From an uncultured Candidatus Saccharibacteria bacterium (lineage in GTDB: Bacteria; Patescibacteriota; Minisyncoccia; Phycocordibacterales; UBA2100), in NCBI GenBank assembly GCA_964434285.1, contig CAYSUJ010000005.1, positions 1 through 63,835 of the forward strand: 63,835 bases of DNA, in the 5' to 3' direction. Within the stretch, counting starts at the first letter, position 1. Every line of letters begins with the position of its first letter. Positions 39,630-47,180 of this stretch are shown here, in pieces. Position numbers and translations under genes: made by a program. The notes beneath the pieces are model-generated. The model saw only the letters and a program-made list of their open reading frames with translations. It had not been told where the DNA came from and made no database searches.

Positions 39630-40489
39630 ACGGCCTTCGGATTGTCCCCATACACTCCGCGCAAGAGATCGAGATCTTTAGAGCTCTCCAAGAGGAGTCC
39701 GATGTTTTTGCACTCGAGTGCGCGCAAGACTGCAGCACCATTTTTGTCTTCCGGAAGCGTCTTTTCATACATCTGGCGGAGTGCCGCAATGTCTTTGATG
39801 AAGCAGAGTCCTCCTGCACCGCGCCCGGGCTTCGATCCTTGGTGCCCGCTTTCGTGCACAACCGTCAGGTGTGATGGACCGATGCGTGGATCAGCGGCAA
39901 GTGCTTTCTTGATCTCTTCGTAATCGCAGCCGTCGGCTTTCACGAGATCGTAGAAGATGTTTGCAAACATGACCTTCATGTAGAGGAAAAGATTGTTCGC
40001 ATATTTCACATATTCGGCTTCGCGTGCGGTGCAGATGGATGAATACGTTGCGCTTGCCAAGACGGAGAGCACTTTCTCCGCTTGTGGACGATGTGCATTC
40101 GAGACTATGCCGATAATGTTTTTGTCGGGGTGTGCCGCATCGTGCGAAGCAGTCGTGACACGCAAAAATTCTGGCGAGTGCATTACGATGCGGTCTGAAA
40201 ACTGTTTTTGAATAGATTCGGTTGTCCCAGGAATAATAGTGGATTTGATAACCACTGTTGTGCCGGGCGCCGTGACCTCCACCGCAGCACGAACAATAGA
40301 ATCATCGTAGCCTTCGGGCGTCGTTGGCGTAGGAACGGCGATGAAGACGATCTCGCACTCTTTGATCTTCTCCCTATTCTGCACGTAGGGTTCTTCCAAA
40401 GCATAGCGAATGGTCGCGTGCCCGCGACGCTCAAAATCGTCTGCGTAGTTCTTGCCGATAAAGCCTTGCCCGATGAATCCGATCTGCAT
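39617..40489 (-). CDS. UDP-glucose/GDP-mannose dehydrogenase family protein, short form lacking the C-terminal nucleotide-sugar domain
   Basis: 290-aa ORF with a Rossmann N-terminus (IGFIGQGFIGKN) and the catalytic-Cys motif GGLCFIKD (the GGxCxxKD pattern). Confidence 0.6.
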   Translation of the reverse strand: MQIGFIGQGFIGKNYADDFERRGHATIRYALEEPYVQNREKIKECEIVFIAVPTPTTPEGYDDSIVRAAVEVTAPGTTVVIKSTIIPGTTESIQKQFSDRIVMHSPEFLRVTTASHDAAHPDKNIIGIVSNAHRPQAEKVLSVLASATYSSICTAREAEYVKYANNLFLYMKVMFANIFYDLVKADGCDYEEIKKALAADPRIGPSHLTVVHESGHQGSKPGRGAGGLCFIKDIAALRQMYEKTLPEDKNGAAVLRALECKNIGLLLESSKDLDLLRGVYGDNPKAVCAS

Positions 40490-40492
40490 ACT

Positions 40493-41395
40493 TTATTTCC
40501 AACTTTTGGTGTAGCCTTTATCTTTCTCAAGCCACTCGGCCGTCTTTTTTAGGCCGTCTTCCCACTCTGTTTTTGCATACCATCCACCAAGAAGCGCTTT
40601 TGCTTTCTCGACACTGAACTCTTCGTGATACGTCTGACGCGGACGATCGGTCACGTGCACGATGTTTGAGGGCGAACCGATAATGCGCTTAATATCTTCC
40701 GCCATTTTGTTTGCTGAGATTGGTTCAGACGCTGTGAGATTGATGACATGCCCTTGGCTTTCCGAATGTTCGTGCGTACGCACGATGCCATCCACTAAGT
40801 CTTCGATGAAGGTGAGTGTGCGGTCTTGCTCGCCAGTACCATGCACGGTGATATCCGCACCGTTATATGCCTGATCAAAAAAGACATGCGTTGCGAGTGC
40901 ATCACGCATGCCGGGCCCGTAAATAGTCGCAAAACGAAGAATGGTCCACGGCATACCGAAATTGAGACCATATCCTTTGATAACATCTTCCCCCGCAAGT
41001 TTCGTGGCTGCGTAGAGTTCGGCAGGGTTTGGAAGCGTAGTGTCTTCCGTCTCAGGATGTTGTTCCTGATTACCATACACACAACACGTGGAAGCGTAGA
41101 CAAGCCATACTTTGTGCTTGGCGCACGCATACGCCACATTGTGTGTTCCGGTCACATTGAGTTCGGTGCAGAGATACGCATCATCAAACGATTTGACTTT
41201 AGTGAGATCCGCTTGTGCCGCAATGTGATAGACAACCTCGACACCATCTGCAACGGCTGTATCAATGACATCACGATTCAGGATGTCGCCGCCCGAACGA
41301 ATATCAAACGGGACAACCTCGTGTCCTGCCTCTCTCAAACGGGCCATAACATGTCCACCAATGAACCCATCGGATCCTGTAACAAGTATTTTCAT
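40493..41395 (-). CDS. NAD-dependent sugar-nucleotide epimerase/dehydratase (SDR)
   Basis: It has MKILVTGSDGFIGGHV and a YAATKLAGE (YxxxK) motif. The start was set at the ATG at 41395. Confidence 0.8.
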   Translation of the reverse strand: MKILVTGSDGFIGGHVMARLREAGHEVVPFDIRSGGDILNRDVIDTAVADGVEVVYHIAAQADLTKVKSFDDAYLCTELNVTGTHNVAYACAKHKVWLVYASTCCVYGNQEQHPETEDTTLPNPAELYAATKLAGEDVIKGYGLNFGMPWTILRFATIYGPGMRDALATHVFFDQAYNGADITVHGTGEQDRTLTFIEDLVDGIVRTHEHSESQGHVINLTASEPISANKMAEDIKRIIGSPSNIVHVTDRPRQTYHEEFSVEKAKALLGGWYAKTEWEDGLKKTAEWLEKDKGYTKSWK

Positions 41396-41412
41396 GAGAC
41401 TCAACGATACCA

Positions 41413-42474
41413 CTATGCGTGTGTGTGCTCAATGTCAGCACACCACGACTCGACGTAGGCGTCGAATGACTCGGGGAGCGGTAATGCGAGAGTCGTAGAG
41501 CGGGGACCATGCTCAATCCATTCGAGAAGCGCGTCGGAGAATTTCTCTTTCGAGGCAACTATGGCGCCGGCTTCGCGTGCGATACCAGCGTCAGTCGAGA
41601 GGACCGGCACTCCTGCGGCGAGTGCCGTGATGATAGAGAGCCCGTAGCCTTCATACTCTGATGGCGAGAGCACAAGATCTGCCTCGGCGAGAAACGGGCG
41701 AACATCTTTTTGGAATCCTTTGAAGTCGACGAAGCGCTCAAGACCGAGTGCACGCACTCGGCTCTGGAGCGCAGTTTTGAGCGAGCCGTCGCCAAGAATC
41801 GTGAGCCCCGCATCGTGCCCCGCGTCACGCACGTGTTTAAGCGACTCGATCGCGGTCTCAATGCCCTTTTCTGCTTCAAGTCGGCTCATCATGAGGAGCG
41901 AAATTTTGAAACGCGGGTGCTTGAGCCGCTGGAGGTTTGCGAACTGTGCCGTATCGACGAAGATGGGAAGAACGGTAGGAATAGTTGATAGTTGATAGTT
42001 CTTAGATATTAGAGATTCTTTGATTCTCTCCGATACCACACGAATGCCGTCGGCATATGGAAGAACAATGCGTGCGATGAGGCAGCGTACGCGATTCAGG
42101 AGCGAACCCTTTGCGAATTCGGGGGCGAGGAAGTCGGTGTGGATTTGCACATGCAGGCGCGCGCCGAAGGCGCGCGCAACAAGAAGCGCAACGAACCCTG
42201 CTTCAAATGGGTCCTGCGCGGTAACGACATCAGGCTTTGGAAGTGAGCAGGCAACTCGGTACGCATCAAAAAGGGAGAAAAATCTGTTCCAGGAATTCGT
42301 CGGACACACACGTACGCGCTCGGAAAGCTCTGTGTGCGTGCATGCCTGCGAGCGCAGTGAAAAAACTATGATGTCGAGCTCGCCCAATCGTTCACCATAC
42401 GCAATCTGGCGCCTCGCACTCGCACTCCCCTTATTACACACACCTCTGTCTGAACCGATCGCCAGAAGTCTCAT
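41413..42474 (-). CDS. GT4 family glycosyltransferase
   Basis: 353-aa ORF with an EYEGYGLSIITALAAGVPV motif. Its ATG sits 2 nt from palindrome copy 1. Confidence 0.7.
   Translation of the reverse strand: MRLLAIGSDRGVCNKGSASARRQIAYGERLGELDIIVFSLRSQACTHTELSERVRVCPTNSWNRFFSLFDAYRVACSLPKPDVVTAQDPFEAGFVALLVARAFGARLHVQIHTDFLAPEFAKGSLLNRVRCLIARIVLPYADGIRVVSERIKESLISKNYQLSTIPTVLPIFVDTAQFANLQRLKHPRFKISLLMMSRLEAEKGIETAIESLKHVRDAGHDAGLTILGDGSLKTALQSRVRALGLERFVDFKGFQKDVRPFLAEADLVLSPSEYEGYGLSIITALAAGVPVLSTDAGIAREAGAIVASKEKFSDALLEWIEHGPRSTTLALPLPESFDAYVESWCADIEHTHA
41980..42014 (+). repeat. Tandem heptanucleotide tract (AATAGTT GATAGTT GATAGTT CTTAGAT ATTAGAG) inside a GT4 CDS
   Basis: Read directly from the sequence. 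On the coding strand it encodes ...SLISKNYQLSTI... Confidence 0.7.
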
Positions 42475-42477
42475 ATA

Positions 42478-42498
42478 TATAAAGGACCGTCCTTTATA
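42478..42498. repeat. Palindromic element copy 1 (TATAAAGGAC-C-GTCCTTTATA)
   Basis: 10-nt perfect arms with a 1-nt centre (11-nt arms if A42477/T42499 are included). It overlaps the last codons of the transposase C-terminal ORF. Confidence 0.9.
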
Positions 42499-42970
42499 TT
42501 TTCCTGGACGAGGGAAAGAGCTTCGGAAAAGTCGATGTCATCGTATTCTTCTTTCGAGAGCAACGTTGTTTCCGCACGCTTATTTACCGCATAGTCAACA
42601 TAGCTCGACCATGGGTACGAGCGAAGAAGTTTCTCAACACGAGCGCGATTGCGCACGCTGTACCCCTCCTTTCTCCATCCAGATTCAATGAGATCGAGCG
42701 GGTTGAGGTGCACGTATTGTATGAGCCACCCGAGATAGTCGTCATCTGACACATGCAAGCTCTTGAAGCGTCCTTGCCAGAGCGTACCTCCATGCTCATG
42801 TTTCGCATTAAAATACATCGAGTATGCAGTGCCCACTTTCCGCATAAAAGTTGTAATCCCATTGTCCGCTTTCTGCCTCAAAACGAGGTGTATATGATTT
42901 GGCATAAGACAGTACCCAAGAATGTCCACAATGCGCTTTGATGGATCAGGTGCCTCTTCCTTGAAATATT

Positions 42971-42991
42971 TATAAAGGACGGTCCTTTATA
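42971..42991. repeat. Palindromic element copy 2 (TATAAAGGAC-G-GTCCTTTATA), inside the transposase gene
   Basis: Identical 21-mer with central base G. Confidence 0.9.
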
Positions 42992-43166
42992 TCTTGTGAG
43001 TAAGTTACCGAGATGGACTGGCCCTACCTGATTCGCCACTAAAAGAAGTGCTTGGAAACGTTGTCGCTCGCCGTCCGTGTAAAAAATCTTGCGCTTGTGT
43101 GCTCCGCGATTAAACACATGGTACGTCTCATCGGTGGCAAGCGGTGTTTCCCTTTGCATATGCGTA

Positions 43167-44171
43167 TTATAAAGGACGGTCCTTTATATTTACAGCTGCG
43201 AGGATTTCTTTCGCGATCTCTTCCCAGGAGTGCTGGTGGGAAAAATTCCGCGCGTTCGTCGCAAGGCGCTCATAGGTACTGGGGTCAAGGAGAGATTCAA
43301 TAGCCTGGGTGAGCGCGGATTCTGAACGCGTGTCGACGAATAGCCCACACTCTGAAAGTCGCTCGCTCGTCCCCGTGTCGCTCGTCATCACGAAGGGCTT
43401 CCCGCACATCACTGCATCGAATGCAGTATTTGAACATACTTCGGAAAACGACGGGATAATGACGGCGTAAGAAGCGGCAATGCGTTTCAAATGCTCGTCA
43501 CGCGGAAGAAGGCGTGTATCGAGCGTGAGTCCAGGATGGTCATTCGCAAGTCGAGCAACGACGCGCGCAAGCAGATCGGTATTCTTGAGTCCGATTGGAC
43601 GTCCGGCGGAGACGAGCGTAAGGCCAGTTGCGGGAAGATAAGTACCGAGCGACGGAGACACCTGGTTTTCAATGATCTGCATGCGATCGTCGGGGATTCC
43701 GTACGCACGTTTCCAGAGATCTCGCTGAAATCGGGTGGTGAAGAGCGGGTATGCCGTTTCAAGGAGCGTGCGTGTGAAGCGGAAGATGAGCCTTTCTTTG
43801 AGAGATAGTTTGGGCAGCTTCGTGTAAAAATCCGAGAGCCGCACCACCTCTCCTGTGCGCGCAACATACGACTCCCATAAGAAATCGCCGCCAATGCGAA
43901 GTGCAAGCGGCACGCCGCGGAGGCGTGCCGCGATATACGCCGGCATACCCACACTCCACGTGTCGAGTGCGAGCACGAACGATGCACCATGGAGTGCGAA
44001 GTATATCTGACACATATAGACGAGATGCGAAAGACCCGCCGGAAGATGATATGGGGTGCAGACCACTACCTGGTGACCAAGAGATTTCAAGCCTTTTTCA
44101 ATACCTGCCGCATAGGTCGCGTGCACTCCGGCGCGCGGCGGGTAAAAAGCGGTCGCTATGACAACCTTCAT
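43167..44171 (-). CDS. GT4-like glycosyltransferase
   Basis: 334-aa ORF with a GT-B layout (MKVVIATAFYPPRAGVHATY ... SFSEVCSNTAFDAVMCGKPFV). The last residues (NIKDRPL) are encoded by palindrome copy 3. Confidence 0.6.
   Translation of the reverse strand: MKVVIATAFYPPRAGVHATYAAGIEKGLKSLGHQVVVCTPYHLPAGLSHLVYMCQIYFALHGASFVLALDTWSVGMPAYIAARLRGVPLALRIGGDFLWESYVARTGEVVRLSDFYTKLPKLSLKERLIFRFTRTLLETAYPLFTTRFQRDLWKRAYGIPDDRMQIIENQVSPSLGTYLPATGLTLVSAGRPIGLKNTDLLARVVARLANDHPGLTLDTRLLPRDEHLKRIAASYAVIIPSFSEVCSNTAFDAVMCGKPFVMTSDTGTSERLSECGLFVDTRSESALTQAIESLLDPSTYERLATNARNFSHQHSWEEIAKEILAAVNIKDRPL
43168..43188. repeat. Palindromic element copy 3, located 8 nt upstream of the transposase ATG and overlapping the stop codon of the upstream GT gene
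   Basis: Identical 21-mer with central base G. Confidence 0.9.
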
Positions 44172-44186
44172 GGAGAGACTCTATCA

Positions 44187-44215
44187 CGAGAAAAAGGAGC
44201 CTGAGAGGGCTCCTT
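44187..44215 (-). terminator. Rho-independent terminator-like hairpin (bidirectional geometry, T5 on the minus strand)
   Basis: The stem AAGGAGCC/GGCTCCTT spans 44194-44201 and 44208-44215. It has an A-run on one side and a T-run on the other, and lies about 20 nt upstream of the ATG at 44171. Confidence 0.5.
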
Positions 44216-44430
44216 TTCCGAGTATCGTACCCCTCAGCGGGGCCTGCGTCAGGCGTCAGGCTGAGCCTGGCCGGACACAGTGGTATTCAAAGTTGAGCAG
44301 AGCCCTCCGGATAAAGTTGCTGATGGCGAGACGGAATCGCTTTACCATTGTTCAGCTCCCTTCAACAGCCACACGGATCACCATGTGGACTACCACCAAC
44401 CTACCCCGAAACCAGAATTTTGCAAGCAAG

Positions 44431-45603
44431 TTATACACCGAGTACTTTTGCAAAGACCTTTTCCCGCATGTCTCGAGCAACAAGATTCCAATCAAATTTT
44501 TCAACAACCATCTGCCTCGCGGTCGCTGTCACGCCACGAACAATCTCCGCACGATCCATGATATCGCGGACCGCGCGCTCAATGTCCTCCGCCGAATCTT
44601 TCTTTACCACCCACGCGGTCTTCGGCATCTCGGGATTCTGCTTCGTATCGAAAATAAGATCAGAAAGCCCGCCTTCTTGCGTCGCGATAACCGGGAGCCC
44701 TGCCGTCATTGCCTCCACAAATGAATTCCCCATCCCCTCCGAGCGAGACGGACGCAGGAAGATATCACATGCCTTGAGATATCTTGGAAGCTCGTCGTGC
44801 TCGATATGGCCGAGGAAATGGACGCGAGACTGTAATTCGTAGTTTGTAGTTTGTAGTCTCAATTCTTTTTCAAGAGGACCGGTGCCGAGAATGATGAAGT
44901 GTACGTTTGGGGGAAGTTTTCTCATGGCATCAATACACACGTCCAGTGCATTTTTATGCACGAGACGCGAAGTCGTCACCACAAACACATCGCCCATGCG
45001 CTTGCCGAGACGATCTTTTATCTCGTTAATGACAGGCTCCGGATATGCGCGCGCGAACGCATCCGTATCGACACCATTTGGTATGACTATAGGCTCGCCT
45101 GGGAATCCCGCCTGCTTTGCCCATCCGGCGAGAAAAGTGGAGATGGTTTGAGTCACTGTTGCATTCTTGAAACCCGCTCGGAGCAGAGGCGCAAAGATGC
45201 GAATGTGCGGACGTTTGAAAACATGTTCAAAGGGATCCCCTTCTTGCAGACTCAGCGCATACGGAAGGTGCACACCGATGAGACGCAAGAGTATCAACGG
45301 AAGCGACATGTAACTCATCATCGCCCACGCGGCATCAAACTGGTGCTCAGTGTGCAAGCGGCGCGCGGCAAAAGCCGCGCGCACCACGAAAAATATCTTC
45401 GCGATGTACGACGTGCCGTCGCCGATGCGATGTACACGCACGTTCCCCATCTTCTCTTCTCGCGGAAGAGTCGCATCAAAACGATGCGTGAGGACGTGGA
45501 ATTCGATATCAGGAATCCGCGCCGTTATTTCTTTAACCGCAATCTCCGCACCGCCGACTGGTCGCGGAAAATACGCGAGGGAGAAGATGAGTATTTTTTT
45601 CAT
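44431..45603 (-). CDS. GT4 family glycosyltransferase
   Basis: 390 aa from MKKILIFSLAYFP, with an ATGA overlap onto the upstream gene. It has an EGMGNSFVEAMTAGLPVI motif. The 534-aa ORF-track version includes a spurious N-terminal extension. Confidence 0.75.
   Translation of the reverse strand: MKKILIFSLAYFPRPVGGAEIAVKEITARIPDIEFHVLTHRFDATLPREEKMGNVRVHRIGDGTSYIAKIFFVVRAAFAARRLHTEHQFDAAWAMMSYMSLPLILLRLIGVHLPYALSLQEGDPFEHVFKRPHIRIFAPLLRAGFKNATVTQTISTFLAGWAKQAGFPGEPIVIPNGVDTDAFARAYPEPVINEIKDRLGKRMGDVFVVTTSRLVHKNALDVCIDAMRKLPPNVHFIILGTGPLEKELRLQTTNYELQSRVHFLGHIEHDELPRYLKACDIFLRPSRSEGMGNSFVEAMTAGLPVIATQEGGLSDLIFDTKQNPEMPKTAWVVKKDSAEDIERAVRDIMDRAEIVRGVTATARQMVVEKFDWNLVARDMREKVFAKVLGV
44831..44858 (+). 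repeat. Tandem heptanucleotide tract (TGTAATT CGTAGTT TGTAGTT TGTAGTC) inside a GT4 CDS
   Basis: Read directly from the sequence. It encodes ...LQTTNYELQ... Confidence 0.7.
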
Positions 45604-47057
45604 GTATTTTTGAGGCGCTCTCGCAAAAATCCGGCATACGCAAAACGGATTTGGTTTGCAAAAGCGTCTCCCTCGCCCATCGAAGAGCGGAGCTTGATGC
45701 GAGCACTCACGCGACTCGCATCTTTTTCCTGCGAGAATTCCGAAGCATAGACTTGATCCGCACGACGCAGAAGGACTCGAAGCAACAGGCGCGTGACGAG
45801 TGGTGCATCTTGAAGAGATTGGTCGGCGAGTGTGATGAGGAGCGGGAGGTTGCTCACCTGTTTCAACATGAGGGCCGCAAGGCCGCCATAACTTGCCATG
45901 AGTGACCACGAGAAAAGATATTGGTGTTTCGCATGGAGTTCTCGAGCCTTTGAAAACCCGAGAATCGGGAGCAAGAATTTGTCGGTCGGTCTGCCATATC
46001 CCACGCGATAGATCGTCGCATTTCCCACCGGACACACCGCGGTTTCCGAATCCGGATGATATTTCGTCGTAACCACATCAAAATGCACGTCGGGCATGGC
46101 TGCCATCAAGTCGCAGAGCGCCTCTTCGGCAACGCCAGCGATGGGATGGAAGGTGGTCGTGAAGACCAAGACACGGCGTTCGCGTTTCTCCTCGCGCTTC
46201 GGCACATGCTCCACAAGCTCATAAATTTCATCCTCAAGATTGCGCTTCGGTTCCCAGCCGAGCGCGCGTGATTTCGAGGTATCGATACCTGCACTCATGC
46301 GGTTCCCTGCACGCTCGGGAAGCATCACGACATCTTCACTGAAGAGGCGTGCGACGTGGAGCATTGAAAACGATTTTTCATTCCCTAAGCCATATTCGTC
46401 ACCTTCTCCTTTTTCGCCAACGAGGATGAGACCATCAACGATGTCATCGATATGCGTGAAATTGCGCAGTTGCGTGCCGGGAGACGTTACCGTTACCGGC
46501 TGACCATTGCGCACTTGTTCCCCAAAAATCGCGATGACCGTTCCGTAGCGGCCGCTTCGCTCACCGTGACCGTACACATTGTAGAAATAGGTGATCGCGT
46601 AGGGCAATTTGTACCATTCGCCGTAGTTCTTCACGAGCTCGGTGTTTGCGGCTTTCGTGTAGGCATACGGCGTTGCGTTGCGTGCGAGCCCGCCATCGCC
46701 AAACTTTGTTGAAGAGCCGGCATAGACGAGTTTGCAGCCGCGCTTCCGCCAGTATTCAAGAACCGCGGCCGTGCCAACGGTGTTGAGATCATTAACCACA
46801 TCCGGCTCTTCCAGGCTTTGCTCCACGCGGGAGTATTCGCCGAGGTGATAGATGAGATCGGGACTCTCCGGCACGAGGCGCTCGACATCTTTCGTGTGCC
46901 CTGTGCGATATTCGACACCATCCACATGTGCGGCTTCGGTGCCGGCAAAATAGTTATCGAGCGAAATGACGCGCGCACCTTCCTCGACGAGACGACGAAT
47001 GAGATTCGAACCAACGAATCCGGCACCGCCGGTTACCACAACGAGTTTTCCCTGCAT
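45600..47057 (-). CDS. Fusion protein: N-terminal SDR epimerase/decarboxylase (UDP-glucuronate decarboxylase-like) plus a C-terminal domain paralogous to the N-terminal half of the adjacent GT4
   Basis: 485-aa ORF with VVVTGGAGFVGSNL and YAYTKAANE (YxxxK). The C-terminal 180 aa (RRVLVFTTTFHPIAGVAEEALCDLMAAMPDVHFDVVTTKY...) align by eye with MKKILIFSLAYFPRPVGGAEIAVKEITARIPDIEFHVLTHRF of the next gene. Confidence 0.7.
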   Translation of the reverse strand: MQGKLVVVTGGAGFVGSNLIRRLVEEGARVISLDNYFAGTEAAHVDGVEYRTGHTKDVERLVPESPDLIYHLGEYSRVEQSLEEPDVVNDLNTVGTAAVLEYWRKRGCKLVYAGSSTKFGDGGLARNATPYAYTKAANTELVKNYGEWYKLPYAITYFYNVYGHGERSGRYGTVIAIFGEQVRNGQPVTVTSPGTQLRNFTHIDDIVDGLILVGEKGEGDEYGLGNEKSFSMLHVARLFSEDVVMLPERAGNRMSAGIDTSKSRALGWEPKRNLEDEIYELVEHVPKREEKRERRVLVFTTTFHPIAGVAEEALCDLMAAMPDVHFDVVTTKYHPDSETAVCPVGNATIYRVGYGRPTDKFLLPILGFSKARELHAKHQYLFSWSLMASYGGLAALMLKQVSNLPLLITLADQSLQDAPLVTRLLLRVLLRRADQVYASEFSQEKDASRVSARIKLRSSMGEGDAFANQIRFAYAGFLRERLKNT

Positions 47058-47180
47058 ACGCGTAGACTATAGCAACAAGCGAGGAGAATGCGAAAGCTTG
47101 CTTTCATAGTCCTCCTTGCGTCGTTGCTATATGCTCCATGATTCTTCGCGAGCCTGAATTCAGGGGCCATATACTGCCAT

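Larger units (their letters stand above)
42471..43159 (-). pseudogene. IS200/Y1 HUH transposase of the REP-associated (RAYT-like) type, split into two frames by an internal palindrome copy
   Basis: The N-terminal ORF 42878-43159 reads TYHVFNRGAHKRKIFYTDGERQRF. The C-terminal ORF 42471-42929 reads ILGYCLMPNHIHLVLRQ ... YVHLNPLD, which supplies the HUH and catalytic-Tyr motifs. Homology switches frame exactly at the 42971-42991 palindrome. Confidence 0.75.

Noticed and set aside
44899-45750. A 283-aa plus-strand ORF antisense to the GT4 gene; similar cases are 40826-41458 and 42020-42691
   Set aside because: The opposite-strand genes have unambiguous GT4 or SDR motifs. These ORFs are Arg/His/Cys-rich with no recognisable domains.
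45604-46035. The N-terminal 144-aa extension of the 534-aa ORF-track entry 44431-46035
   Set aside because: The extension overlaps the well-supported SDR-fusion gene in another frame. The GT4 homology begins at MKKILIFSLAYFP (45603), where there is an ATGA overlap.
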